Shown here: piece after piece, positions 40,713-55,354 of the stretch | How positions within the stretch are numbered: the first letter of the stretch is position 1 | How the letters are laid out: the number at the start of each line of letters is the position of its first letter | Origin: Parasitella parasitica NRRL 2501 | Taxonomy: Eukaryota > Fungi > Mucoromycota | Assembly: GCA_025201805.1 (NCBI GenBank) | Contig: MU619316.1 | Span: 69,078 to 133,077 of the forward strand | Length of the DNA stretch: 64,000 nt | Direction of reading: 5' to 3' | The notes under the pieces: model-generated | What the model saw: the letters and a program-made list of their open reading frames with translations, nothing else | Databases searched by the model: none | Told to the model about the DNA's origin: nothing | Program-made: the position numbers and the translations under genes

Positions 40713-43700
40713 ATGAGTGGAGGTAATATTAAAGTCGTTGTGCGTTGTCGTCCTATGAACGCCCGAGGTAAAACTGCATTTTTGATTTGATCCAATTCGT
40801 TACATATCATACTGATGCACTGTACAACACTGCAGAAATTGCTCGTGGAGCAGTCGGATTGATTCGTATGGACGGTGATCAAACCATCATCAGCCGCCCT
40901 CCTGATCAAAGAACTGGCAAGGAGTCCGAAGATGTAAAGGCTTTCACATTTGATAAATCCTATTGGTCTGCAGACAAAAACGATCCTCGTTATGCCGACC
41001 AACAAGCAGTGTATAATGACTTGGGCGAAGAATTGCTGGATCACGCTTTTGATGGATACAATTGCTGTATTTTTGCATGTAAGCATCAACCAAGCTAGAC
41101 AACACATTTTATGTGTACTTAAACCCTAGTATGCTAGATGGTCAAACCGGCGCTGGAAAATCGTATTCAATGGTAGAAAAGAAATCCACCTAAACATGGC
41201 ACCCAAGGTCTAATCGTACTGATTTTTTATTTTTTTATTTTTTGTGTTTTTTCTTTAGATGGGCTATGGCGAAGATATTGGTATTATCCCTCGCACATGC
41301 GAAGAACTGTTTAAACGCATTGGTGCTAACTCACAGCCCAATCTGACGTATCGTGTGGAAGTATCGTACATCGAAATCTACAATGAAAAAGTGCGTGATC
41401 TGTTGAATCCCAAGAATAAGGGCAATTTAAAAGTAAGAGAGCATCCTTCATTAGGGCCGTACGTTGAGGACCTATCTCGTTTGGTTGTTACATCATTTCA
41501 AGACATTGATCACCTCATGGACGAAGGAAACAAGGTAAACTGGCGCATACGCTGATGGCGATTTATTCATCCTTTTTTTTTTTTCTACATGTATACACTT
41601 AGGCGAGAACAGTCGCTGCGACAAACATGAATGAAACATCATCTCGATCGCATGCAGTATTTACAGTATTCTTGACGCAAAAAAGATTGGATGACTTGAC
41701 AAAGCTGGAGACGGAAAAAGTGGCTAGAATCAGGTACACTTTTCATCAGATCAGAAAATAGCAGACTTGTATTGAAACTGTTTAGTTTGGTGGATCTAGC
41801 AGGTAGCGAACGTGCTAATAGTACTGGCGCAACTGGTGCTAGGCTCAAAGAAGGCGCAAATATCAATCGCTCGCTTACAACTCTGGGCAAGGTCATTGCC
41901 GGTTTAGCAGAGCAATCGTCGCAAGAGGGAAAGCGGGGCAAGAAGAAGGAAGCCTTTATACCCTACAGAGATTCTGCAAGTATCATTTACAAGTGTTGTT
42001 TCACGGGACTAATAATAGTGCTATTCAGGTATTGACATGGCTTTTGAAAGACTCACTAGGCGGCAACTCTAAAACAGCCATGATTGCGGCAATTTCGCAG
42101 GCGGACTATGACGAAACTCTCAGTACCTTGAGATATGCAGATCAAGCAAAGCGCATCAAGAATAAGGCTATTGTGAACGAAGATCCCAACGCTAAACTCA
42201 TTCGAGACCTTAAGGATGAACTTGATCAGCTTCGTGATAGACTGCGTACCTATGCACCAGAAGAAGTCGAACAATTGACGGCGACCAGCGCTTATAAAAG
42301 CACAAATGCAAGTACGAGTGCGTCTCGCATGCCTTCAGCAGCAGCAGCAGCAGCAGCAGCAGCAAAGACTGGCATGGCGTCTGATCAGAAAACAGTGTCT
42401 GAATTTGAAATCATGGATAGCTCCGGCAAGAAGAAAAAGATGACAAAGGAAGAGATCATAGAGCAACTGCAGAGCTCTGAAAAACTGCTGGCAAATCTGA
42501 ATGAAAGCTGGGAAGAGAAGCTTAAAAAGACAGAGGAGATTCACTTTGAACGCGAGAAATCCTTAAAGGAGCTGGGCATCACCATCGAAAAGAATGACAT
42601 GGGTGTCTTTACTCCCAAGACAATACCGTTTATCGTCAATTTGAACGAGGACCCGCTCATGTCTGAATGCTTGATGTATCAAATCAAGCCTGGGACTACC
42701 CGACTAGGAAGACAAGAAAGCAAAGTTCAAGCTGATATTCGGCTCAGCGGCTCCAACATCCAAGACAACCATTGCTCATTTGAAAACAAGAACGGCGTTG
42801 TGACACTCCATCCAGGAACAGATTCGTTGACTATGGTGAATGGAATGCGCATCATAGAGCCGCGGCAGTTGAAGAGTGGCTATCGAATCATCCTCGGGTA
42901 CTATCACATCTTTCGCTTCAATAACCCTGAAGAAGTGCGAAAAGAACGCGATCTGCAAAAAGTAGCCATTGGCAATAGCATGAGTGGCGCGACCACGCCT
43001 GCCTTGATGGATGACAGCTCACGGCCTGACTCGCCCTTATCCGATGTTTCTGAGGTGATTGACTGGAACTATGCCCGACGAGAAGCCGCGCTGAACTACT
43101 ATGGATCAGAAGAATTTGAAGGATTGAAAGACGAAGAACTGGATGATCTCTACGACCACCTCTCAAAAGTCAGAAACTCGCGAAGGACGCGGTCTGAAAG
43201 CAGGGCTGAAAACGAAGACGATAATGTGTCGTCTACGACAAGAGATTCGTTCAGGAACTCTTCTGCTACAATGCTGGGAACTGATGGCGCCGAGAGCGTT
43301 TGCACTGATTTATCCATTGCTCACTCGGACTTGCTCGAAGAAAAACTTAAGCAAGAAAAGGATCGCATGCGGAAGGAGTTGGACAACCAGAAACGGATAT
43401 TCGAAGCCAAGATTCATCGCATGTCGCGGCAGTACTCGCAGCAGCAGATGGAAGCAGTAGCCAACACCCCCATCTACACGCAAGAGCAGGTTGCAATGAT
43501 TCAAAAGATACTCTCGAAATGGAGACAACTCAGGACCGTGGATATGGCAGAAGTTGTGCTTACCAACGCAGTCATGCTGAAAGAAGCCAACATCATATCA
43601 CGAGAACTCGGCAAGCAAGTGCTCTATCAGTTTACAGTGATTGAGGATGAGCCGTTCTCCAACTCGTTGTCTTTTTGGGAGCCTACGTCTGCACTACATC

Positions 43701-46196
43701 AATTTGAAGCAGACGAGGATACGATGCTCATGTCTACACCGAAGCCCTGTGTGGGTGTTCGTGTCATTGACAAGAAGAACCAAGTTATCTACGTCTGGTC
43801 TCTGGAAAAGCTCAAACAACGGCTCTACAAGATGCGAAACTTGTACAACTTTATGGACAAGCCATTATATAGAAAGCATTTCAACTGGGAGGACCCTTTC
43901 TTTGAAAACCCATGTCCCAAGTATACGTTTATTGGCGCTGCTTCGATAGCACTGCGGAGTTTGATATCACAGCAGCCATACCAGAGTGCTGCTGAAATTA
44001 TATGCCATAGTACCGGCCAAATAAGGGGTAAACTGACTGTATTGGTCTCGCCCATTGCTCGGTCTGCGGCGAATGTGAATGACAGTATCAAACTATCACT
44101 AGCTGGCCATCATCAACCTACGTTTCCCGAGAATGACGACGACGACGACGAGCATGACGAGCACGACGAGCACAACGACAAAGACAGTGATAAACATGAC
44201 CAAACAGCGCTACAATGTGGCGAAAATCTGCTGTTCGAGATACAATTGATAGAGTTTAGTGGTATCAGTGAATCCGAGTTTACAGATGTCCATATCCAGT
44301 TCAAATTATCGTCTTTTGGTGGCATTTCGTCTCACTCACCAGCAGAAAAAATATATGCGACCAAGCCAGCCAACTATTTCGAGAACAATCCGGTTAAAAT
44401 AGGCTTCAAGCAAACCTTGTCATTGACCGTAACTCCAAAAGTGCTGGATATTTTGAAGACTGGGTTCGTCCCATTCGAGGCATTTGGCCAAGCCCAACCA
44501 CGAGTGCTTTTGCAGCAAGAAAAATGGGATGATCAGCGAGAACGACCTCGTCTAGTGGATTTATTCGCAGCACAGCAGCAAAAGCCACAGACAAGCTTCG
44601 CAGCAAACGACCGCACATCTGTAAAGTCTTCATCAGCCAGCAGCAGCGGCGAGTCGACCGTCGCTTCTCTAGAGCGCAGATCAGAAGAAGAGCTGTTGAC
44701 AGCAGAGCGCCATGACATTGTAGCTTGGATAGAAGTGAGAGAATTGTCTTCGTCAGGCGAGTACACTCCTGTGCAACTTTTGTCTAAAAGCCTAATGGAT
44801 AAAGGCTATTTCATGCTGAGACAAGGCCTACAACGAAGAATTTGCTTTACACTATCTCATACATCAGGTCGCCAATTCGAATGGACAAAGATCAAAAAAG
44901 CCTCAATAGGCCACGTTCGACTGCTTGATGGAAAGGGCCGTATTTTGGAATCACCTGCACAAGAAAATATCCCTATAAAGCTTCTCAGCAAACAGCAAGT
45001 GTCGTACTACTCGGATGGTACCAGCCGCATTGTTGCACAAGGTGCCTGGGACAGCTCACAGCACGAATGCATCTTTTTGAACCGACTCACCGATCCAAAT
45101 AGCCGTGTCACCCTCAATTTACGATGGGAAGTGGAAGCTGAAAAATGCGAGAAACCAGTTCAGTTCAACATGGACATTGCATTGCAAATTCAAGGCAGGG
45201 ATAGATCCCCTGGAGGAAGCAAATTCAGTAGCTTCAGAAAACTACTGTATTCAAGTGGCAGGCAGCTGAGCAAATTCAGCGGCGTGTTTTTGGTCCATCT
45301 AAAGCCCCCAATGACAAGAAGATTGAGTCAGCTATGGCGGCTCAACACTGCATCTAAATACGTTCATGGCGAAGAATTTTTGGGCTCTTGGAGACCTCGT
45401 GGCGTCTCTTTGGTCAATGATTTTACACACATACAAGAGTTTATCAAGCGTAAAAACCAAGTTGCATTTACAAGACAAGTGCTGGCGTTGATGGAGTCTG
45501 AGATGGGCGTGGCCGTATCTCCCAAGTCGTCGCTATCCTCATCATCAGACACTGCTGTGGCTGATTCTTTGACTGAAGACGATAAGCAGGCCTTGATAAA
45601 AAGAACCGTCAATTTATGGCAGCTCAAACTAGGCACAGATCAAGACATTGTTATTAGCCAGGATCCGCCTATTTTAATAGACGCAACCATGCCATTGGTA
45701 CAAGAACCACTACCTATTTCAAAGCTGATTGCTGAAGTTGAGCTAATCTCACAATCGTAAAGTATTGGCCCAGGTTTTCATACAACTTACACTATATGCT
45801 AACAATTTACGCAGTGCCAACATTTCCAAGAAGGGCTATTTGCTGTATCAAGACGATGCTGCACAAGACTTGTGGGTGAAGCGTTGGTTTGTTATCCGCC
45901 GCCCTTATATCTATATCTACACCAACGAAACAGAATCGGACGAACAGGGCATCATTAATATAGCGTCTGTGAGAATTGATTACAATGAAGCGCTGGAGAA
46001 AATGATACAGGTATGTATGTCCAGGTAACAATTTAGCCCAGTTACTAACGAATGTCGACATTTATAGCGCACAAACGTGTTTGCCCTTTATACCAATAAC
46101 AATGCCTATACCTTACAATCCGGAACTCGTCAAGATATGATTCACTGGATCCAGATCATTGACCAAAAGTACCCAACGGAGAATCTGTTGACTTGA
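40713..46196 (+). CDS. Kinesin-3 (Unc-104/KIF1-like): motor, FHA and C-terminal PH domain
   Basis: [19 protein letters not shown]-loop, [19 protein letters not shown] ([15 protein letters not shown]) and PH (KKGYL...[12 protein letters not shown]). Confidence 0.96.
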
Positions 46197-47061
46197 AGCT
46201 TCCTTACTGTTTATGTTTATCTTAATATATATCTAATGTTATCTATCAATAAATCCACTTTTTTTTTTTTTTTTTTTTTTTTGCCATCATCAAGTAATAA
46301 CGGCCATCTCATTAGACCTTACAAAAGACTCATTTTGTGATTTTTAAAGGCAACGGCATTCAGTCTCCAAGCGTTGCTTACTACACATTAATACCGTATT
46401 GTCATGGGCATATGTCAAGTAGTTTTGGCAATTTACTCTCGATTGCAATGTTTAATTGGCTGTAGCCATGTGAGTTTTGTCAGACAACATGGATGTATAA
46501 TCATCACATCATGTGACAAAATAGCTGGAAGCTGTTGTGAACATGGTGCAATATCATGACATTGGAGGAATAGGTACAATCTACCATATCTCCCTGATCT
46601 CGTCACCAAGGTCTTTATCCTCGTATAACTTTTCTTAGCTCGTAGAAAGCATATATAAACCCTCTATTTTTAATGTGTAGTACACTTGATAAATCACAAC
46701 AGTCGAGTCTGCGATTTTTCTCTTTAGAGTTACAGGACATAGTTGAAAATTAAATGGGAAAATAGATTTTTGGTAATAATAATTCGAGCCTTGACGGATG
46801 TCACCAAATACCAAAATTTAACAGTTTATACTTGAATATGTAAAGATACTTTATGTATGAAAAAATGAATATTATGTAAAATATATAGTTATGACATATG
46901 TAGATATATAGTGTATGATATGAATATATGGAATAGATTCAGGATGATTGATGGTAATACCATACTTGTGTGTTGTTGTTCGGCAGCATCCTAACGTCTG
47001 TTTAAAAGCATTTGAGTAAAATATACCTTTTTATATATGTATACATAAAGAAACACACGCT

Positions 47062-48408
47062 CTACATACCTTGTTGTCCAACAGGATGGCTCATCAACAT
47101 GTCATCCATATTAAAATTAAAAATGTTATCGCAGGCAGCAGAACTGATCGAAGTACAAGAGGTGGTAGAAGACAAGGCGGTTACATTTGAATTGACTGAA
47201 TTCGTCGAATTGGATGGTTGCAGAACGACAGGATATCCACCATAGTTGCTTGCTAACGAAGACGAACGTGTGGATGATAGGGGTGATTTGTCCATCATCA
47301 TTTGATCCTGCTGTTGCTGTTGATGATGATTATGAAACATTATCATCGGATGGTGCTCATTTATAGTAGCTGCATGTGGAGGGAATAGGCTTGACGTAGA
47401 CGAAGTCGACATCATTGCAGCAGTCGCAGCTGCCTGTTGATGCATTTCAGCATTTTGAGCATGATCTTGCTGGTCAAATAGAGTCCAGTCCATACCATGT
47501 CCAGGTGGCAAACTGTCGTAACAGGTCAAATCAGCATTGTTGCCTAGCATCATGTCTTGAAAGTAGAATGAGGAGGGGGCTACTGCCTCAGTAAACCCTA
47601 TGCTGCTGTCTGAATGGCTGATGGTTTGAGAAACATTGGACCGATTGCCCTGTGCTTGCTTTGCCAGTTTGCTGCTTTTAGGTGTTGTGCGATTAGAGGT
47701 TGATTTTGTATTCAACTGCTTATTTTTGGCTTTTTCCTCTTTTGTTGTGCGCATAGATAAGGATGCTGCGGTATTGGCATTATTAGCTGCAGATGTGGAT
47801 GGAGCATGAGCAGTATTGGCATTAGAATTAAAAGCAGCAGCAGTAGCAGCAGTAGCAGTAGCAGCAGTAGCAGCAGTAGCAGCAGCAGCAGCAGCTCGTT
47901 TGTTTCTTGAAATTCGCTGCTCGCCTCTCAATCGTAGTTGAGCCAAAATGGATCTTGAATCCTGCACCTCCATCTCTGTTTTGACCATCTTTGATTCAAG
48001 ATCATCATTCGAAATTGGAGAATTAACAATTGAATGGACCATTGAACGCTGGTTTGCAAGATCGGATTCAATGCGACGTATGCGAGCTTCCAAATGAGAC
48101 AAATTGTCGATAAAAGGGTCTACGTTGGTGGGCTGTGTTGTGCGTGATCTTCTTGAACTTGGATAAGCACACAGTACACCAGTAGACATACATCTTGTAC
48201 AGTTTGGATGGACACCATCACAGCGAACCTTTTTATGATGGCATCTGAAGCAGGCAATGGGGGCTCTAGGCCTCTTGTTTGAGGATTTTGTCTTTGTATT
48301 TTCGTTGACTGGTTTTTTCATAGTAGTAGCAGTAGCAGTAGCAGTAGTAGCAGTAGTGGTAGTAGTGGTAGTAGTAGTAGCAGCAGCAGTAGCAGCAGCA
48401 GTAGACAT
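47062..48408 (-). CDS. Zn(II)2Cys6 transcription factor
   Basis: ACFRCHHKKVRCDGVHPNCTRCMSTGVLC followed by a coiled coil. Poly-T, poly-A and poly-Q low-complexity tracts. Intronless. Confidence 0.92.
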   Translation of the reverse strand: MSTAAATAAATTTTTTTTTATTATATATTMKKPVNENTKTKSSNKRPRAPIACFRCHHKKVRCDGVHPNCTRCMSTGVLCAYPSSRRSRTTQPTNVDPFIDNLSHLEARIRRIESDLANQRSMVHSIVNSPISNDDLESKMVKTEMEVQDSRSILAQLRLRGEQRISRNKRAAAAAATAATAATATAATAAAFNSNANTAHAPSTSAANNANTAASLSMRTTKEEKAKNKQLNTKSTSNRTTPKSSKLAKQAQGNRSNVSQTISHSDSSIGFTEAVAPSSFYFQDMMLGNNADLTCYDSLPPGHGMDWTLFDQQDHAQNAEMHQQAAATAAMMSTSSTSSLFPPHAATINEHHPMIMFHNHHQQQQQDQMMMDKSPLSSTRSSSLASNYGGYPVVLQPSNSTNSVNSNVTALSSTTSCTSISSAACDNIFNFNMDDMLMSHPVGQQGM

Positions 48409-48795
48409 GGATATTATGAAATTAACGATAGTGAGGGGACGTTGGTGAAAATGCAAATGGTATAAAGGAGAGAAAAGGGTAGTGAGTTCAGTTTTGACAA
48501 GCCATGTTACAGTCTTTATATATGGAATCTTTCAATGTCGATATAAAAATCATGCTGCCTTGCATCGTGCTCCTTAATAATTGATACCAAAACTAGTTGA
48601 AACAGTTGATTTTCTATTTGATGCTAACCTAAATACAACATCAAACTGTGAATAGCAAAAAATCGATCATTTGCATGATAGCGAAAAATGCTGAATAGTA
48701 GTTCTTGATCAAAAGAAACCCTATTCTTAAAGTAAAACGTGGTAGCTAGCATATTATGAAATGATGTCAAGAAATCTAGACTTGCTTTATTGATT

Positions 48796-49697
48796 TTATC
48801 TTGATCCAAACACTTTACCAATACCACTCGTGAAGGCCTTCCCTACTAGTCCGCTTGCACCGCTGCTTAGTGACCCCAAGGCAGAGCGAGTAGCCATTCC
48901 GGTTGCCCATCTCTTTTTTGCGTCCTTATCGCATTGCGTATATCCGTATACGTTGGCCAAATTCAAAGCCAATGCCACGCCAACAATGATCAGCCAAGAG
49001 AACTTTAGTGTAATTATACACGAAAACGCAAACAAAGCCCACAGTGCTGGTGTGCCATAGAGCGTCCACCAAAACAGACGTGTGTCTGCTGCGTTATTGA
49101 TTCTACTAGGCTGTACGATGCACACATATTAATATATGGCAACCCCTTAAAATCTTGTTCACTTACGCTAGCACTTTCGAATACCCATTTGTTTGAACCA
49201 TCGGGTTGGATTTCATTCCACCAACGAAGACCTACCAATAATCGACCTGAAATGTTCTTTACAGTCCAGAAATCAAATGCCAAGAGCAAGATGGTGATGA
49301 CAAAGACAAACGTAAAGTTGTCTGTGAATATAGAACCTAGCAGATAGGTCAATAAAGCACCCAGTCTAAACGATATAAAGAAGAATGCGGCAATTGGATG
49401 GCTATATCAATTGTAGAGTTAGGTTGTATTCCTAAATCAACCAGATGGTATTCTACCTTGATTGTTCGAAATATTCTCTGATTGTATTACGACTCTCTTC
49501 AGGTGCCTGTTGAGCGTTATTGTTGTTGGAGCCTGCAGTGACAGGCTGAGAAGAGGTGTATCCTGACTCCAAATCTTGGTCTGCCGATATACTAGCAGAA
49601 TTCTGTAATAAATTGAGTTGGTCTTCCTGCGGCTATAAAATGTAAGTGTTAGTCAGAGAGTCTTTGGTTGTGCATAGCTGCTGTCTGTAATTACCAT
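48796..49697 (-). CDS. TVP23: Golgi membrane protein Tvp23 (FAM18)
   Basis: [33 protein letters not shown] and [12 protein letters not shown]. First coding exon is the ATG only. Confidence 0.93.
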
Positions 49698-49790
49698 TCC
49701 TTCAAGAGAGAAAAAGGGTGATGAAAGAGATACACTGTGCTTTTTTTTTTCAAGTTGCGCTGAACATGAAAGTGCCTTGAGAATGTGCAG

Positions 49791-49859
<69 letters not shown>

Positions 49860-49870
49860 ATAGTAGTAGT
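49791..49870. repeat. (TAG)n microsatellite, about 26 units
   Basis: Near-perfect trinucleotide array upstream of TVP23. Confidence 0.97.
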
Positions 49871-50007
49871 TGATAGGTTGCTTTCTTGACAAGCTATACA
49901 CATATTCGTAGAGCTTACATCAAGATAGACCAAAGCTTACTGGCTGATGCCATCTAGTTTGAGGGACTCTGATTGAATTTATCGTTGCTCATGTGAATAG
50001 CAATTTT

Positions 50008-50072
50008 NNNNNNNNNNNNNNNNNNNNNNNNNNNNNNNNNNNNNNNNNNNNNNNNNNNNNNNNNNNNNNNNN
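50008..50072. other. Assembly gap (65 N)
   Basis: Run of N. Confidence 1.
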
Positions 50073-50469
50073 GATCAAAAGTATTTGAAAGGTTTTGATA
50101 TGGCATATTTTAGCAATAGACATGGCATCTAAATTAAAATTTATTTCCAATAGTGGCAAGTAAAGCATGGCATTTTTTAATCGATATAATCTGCCTAAAA
50201 TCGACCAAAACTCCCAGACACCGTGCTCCTGTGTCGCAATCATTTTGCAGGACTCTTTTATGAGCAATGATGCAAGAGACCAGGCAAACGCTGCCGTTTC
50301 CCTGGATTTGTAAGACCATCGGGTGTCTTGCAATCACCACTATAAAGGCGTAGTGATGGTGTTGCTCTATAATTGAACAACCGCCATTGAGAGTATAAAA
50401 CAGTTTTTTGGAAGCTGTTTCCACAAACTTCTTTTTTTTTTCCAGTATAATTTTTTTAAAAAACGAAAA

Positions 50470-51218
<749 letters not shown>

Positions 51219-51444
51219 CTAGCTCAAATCCTTGTGTTAATGATTCCATTTGCAGGAAAAGTAATGGTGTTAATAAACTACATAGAATTTGCATGTTATA
51301 CTTTCTTGTTTGTGTGCTTTTTTTATTGATATAATAAGAATAGGGGACAGAGGTAGACGTGTGTGTGTCTGTGTGTGTGTGTGAAAGAGAGGGAGGGAGA
51401 GGGGAAGGGGGGGGGGAGAGAGAGAGAGGGATAATTTACATGTT

Positions 51445-52779
51445 TTAAATGTCGCAAACCAACAAACCTTGTTCGTAAAGGCCGGAAACGACCAGCTTTG
51501 AGTTTTTAACGTCAAGAGCACCAGTGCTGGAAGTTCCAAACAAAGAGCCGGTGTCCTGAATCAACGTCTTTGTCTCGCCGGTCTTGATGTCCCACACATC
51601 GACTTGCGAAGGCGGCTTAACAAGCAGAGACGGATCAGCAGAAGCAATGTATTTGATTAAATCTAATGGCTTTGGATGACCAGCGATGACCAGCAGCTCT
51701 TTATCAGCGTAATAGTGGATATTGTCAACAGCCATGTTGAACTTGGCTTCAGCAACATGGTCAAGGCGGACATGAGGAATGCCGTCGTCTCTACTAGTGA
51801 CAATTTTGTACTGCTTAACAGAGCGCTTGTTTGTTTCAGCAATGAATAAAACATGGTCAGTGCCTGAAACGCCATTAGCGAAATACAAGCCTTCAACGCC
51901 CTTTTCGACCTGGCCAGTGACAGCATTGTAAAAGCCGACATTGCCCCAGTGGAAAAAGTAGGTTTCAAGCTTGCGCAGGATGGGGTGGACAAAATAATGA
52001 TCATTTGAAAAGAAAAAGGAAGGGATGCCCTCCGTCGATCTGAATTTGGCGTCTTGGATTACATGGATGCTGTTGGGCGAGTAAATTTCAGCATGATGCA
52101 CAGTGTGTTTGTGAATCAATGTTACTTGATCGTCGTCCACATCAAAGAACTCCACAGAAGGGTGCTCAAGGTGAGGCTTATTAATGGCAACAAATGTCCT
52201 TTGCTTGGTTCCTGGATGAATATCAAGAGTGACGCCCAAAGAATGGAATTTAGCAGAAATGTTGCTCTGCATTTGCATGCTGAACTTTTCAATAGATGCA
52301 GGTGTTTCGGCATAATTTACTTTCCAGATGCTTCCCGGGGGTACAGCTTCTCCAGGAGTCAGTTTGTTGATCCCCATAATATCGTTGTACTGAATCCTAA
52401 CAGGATCACAGCTGACGTAGGCAACACCTGCTTCATCAGATAGGACAAAATCTTCACAAGACTTGAAGTCGCTGGGGCCTGGTTATAAGCACGCGTCTAG
52501 TGTTTTCTCTGCAAAACACACAAAACACACATTTACCTTCTATTTTGACACATTCATCGATATTATAATCTTGCACTGTGAGGAACACACCGGAGAGAGG
52601 GATAAGCACATCTACATGGTGGACACATCAGCAACATTCACACGTTTTATGCCTGTATACAGCGTACATAAAATGGAAGCCACGTAGGCAACGGGAAGAA
52701 TAACGCCCCAGTACTTTATATGGAACCAAACATCCTTGTGAGGTGGAGCTGCTGCTTTTTCGCTGCTTGATGACCCCAT
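51445..52779 (-). CDS. Paraoxonase/arylesterase-like six-bladed beta-propeller hydrolase
   Basis: N-terminal TM segment, SCEDF...SCDP, FHSLG, SPNSI, FFSNDH, FANGV and AVDNI metal-ligand-type motifs. 2 introns. Confidence 0.8.
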
Positions 52780-52930
52780 ACTGTAGTATTACAGATGAGA
52801 GGAAAAAAAGAAGAAATAAGCTTTATTTGCAATATGGTGAAAGCCAATAGCTGTAGCAGGAGGTTGAAATTGGCTCCAATATTAGGGACGTTTGTATGTT
52901 ATGGTCTAAGCAGGTTATCTCATTGCGTAT

Positions 52931-54022
52931 TTAAACTTTGGGCTTGAAGCTATTTGAATTTTCTTTGAAATATGCTTCTAGCGTTCTTGGCTTTTGCTTG
53001 ATAATGAACTCGATATGTTCAACGTGAATGCTTCCCAGTGTCTTGCTAACCCAATCAAAATAATCTGTAAAAGTTTGAATCTGAACGTCTATCAAATATC
53101 TGCGTTATGAGTGCGCGTGTCAGGGCAATCATGCGTATGCTTTTTTTTTTTTTTTTTTTTTTTTACCTTTGGGAAGGCACAACGCCTTTGTCCTGTACCC
53201 GAGGTCTTCTTGGTCCATGTAGACAGCGGATTTTTCCTTCTTGAGGCGCTCATCAAACCAAATATTACGACGGAGATCTTTGAGGTAACACGCAGTATCC
53301 ATAGGACGGACCATAAGACAGCGATGCAGCTTGTATGTTGTTGCGTTAGACATCATCTCGACAATTGATTTGCTAGTTATTGCCTCGGGACCAGTTAGAG
53401 TGTACACCTGGCCAGCATGGTAGTCAGTCAAACATGTCATAAGCTCCCCATTTTGTATTATGAATGTGGTAACGGCAGCGCACACATCCGAGATATCCAC
53501 TGGGCATATCCCAGTGTCTGACTTCAAGGGTAACTTTATGTTTCCTGACGCTTCCACTTGATTAGACCACAAATGAAAATACTGCTGAATAAACTCTAAT
53601 CTCAGAATAACCCAGCTTATACCTTGCATAGACACCAAATGGTCTTCCACCCGGCCATAGTCGTGCAGCGCTTTGTGCTCCTCTGATTGTGCTCCTTGAT
53701 GGGATAAAAAAATGATGGATTTGACGCCGGATTTTGATGCCACATTGCAGACGTGCTGACAATGTTCTACTCGATTGGGGTCATTGCTCATAACAAGAAC
53801 AATTTGGTCAATGTTACGCATGGCTTTGGATAGATCGTTTGGATGCGAGTAGTTTACAGGATAGACATCTATACCCTTTTGAGTAAAAGCGAGAAGCCAT
53901 GGTAGTTTGGTGCTGTTTTCATGGCATAGAACTCGCAATTCCGAGCACAATCCAGTAAATTGAGACAAGTGAGATGTGATGCAGTAACCCAAATAGTCGT
54001 CAGCACAAGTAATGAGTATCAT
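52931..54022 (-). CDS. NmrA-like atypical SDR (NAD(P)-binding Rossmann fold)
   Basis: MILITCADDYLG, SGVKSIIFLS, PVDISDVC and YTLTGPEAIT. One intron near the 3' end. Confidence 0.8.
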
Positions 54023-55354
54023 TTTCTATATTTAGGGCGAAATGAAGAGAAGATATTGAGGACAAGAAAAACACTGGCCTTTATATACGTAGCAGACAAC
54101 ATAACCACAAGATGCACCAAAAGTTGTGGTCAGAAATTCAAGCTTTCAGCAACTTGACCCCAAGCTTAAAATAGCTTTTGTTATTTCTGAGCTGTTTCCA
54201 TACCTGAATCAATCATCAATTCAACGGCTTAAATTCTACTGCAAAGCCATCATAGATGCTTGATATATACGCATTTGTGATATTTACACAAGCGAAAACT
54301 TGATTGATATCAATCTTTATACGGTCGGCATTCTCAAAAGACGCAGATAATGAGACAACTGCGTCTTAACCGGACTCATATACAGTACATGGTACACTTA
54401 TTTATTGATGTTCAAGGCATTGTATTAATTTTTTTTGTGGTATTCTGTGCTTAATGCGCACCTCTACTAGATGTAATGTTGATCATTATATATTTACATA
54501 CAATATGTGGATTAAAGTGTTTCCCATGCTATTAAAGATCTATGTATGGCAACATAGCAATGGGTGCAAATACGTCTCTTGAAAGTCTAGGTATACACAA
54601 AAACATAGATGTTAGTAGTCGACATCTTTTTGATGCTAACTACACTCTATACTGGGTTCATAATATATGTACGATAGATTACTCTTTACAAGCATCCAAT
54701 TTTAATCCTGTCAAAGTTGAATGATTTTCAAACAATGTACGTATGAACAATCGTAACCACAAGTCTTCAAGCTAAAAAAAAACAGAAAAAAACAAAACAA
54801 AACAAAGCTTTGATTATCATTCTGATCAAAATCTCAATGTTCTACTTGACTCAAATTTATACTTCAATTCCTTTTCCTTCTGCGATGATCAAACCGCCCT
54901 TGATTTTCGACAATCGAAAAGATCCACTGAATTCCATCCTAACTATTATCCTAGTTTTGTTCATTCGAGCAATGAAATGTGCCATCAAGAAAAGCATTGC
55001 TCTTTTCAAGAGTCAAGGCCTTGAAGGCTGCAGTTGAGTGCTGTCAATCCCATGATCGTTTACACAAGTCTTGAGACTGTTAAAGGCACTTAAAAAGCTA
55101 ATGGTTCTTTTTCTTTTCCATTTCGTCCTTTCTGTTCAGAGATTAAATTATTCAATTCCTTGAAGAATATCCAGCGCAAGAAACTTGTAAGTATTTACAC
55201 TCGAAGAAAAGGCGAGCTTCTACGCATTTGGAGACACTTGTCGCATTCCGCATCGGTGGATTCGTATTGTCCACCACTTGGAAATTCAAAGATCGCGTGC
55301 AATGATTCTTTCTGACACAACCATTATTTTTTTTATCTCCTTTCCAGTAAAAGA

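Noticed and set aside
49653-49933. Poly-Tyr and poly-Thr ORFs
   Set aside because: Translations of the (TAG)n microsatellite.
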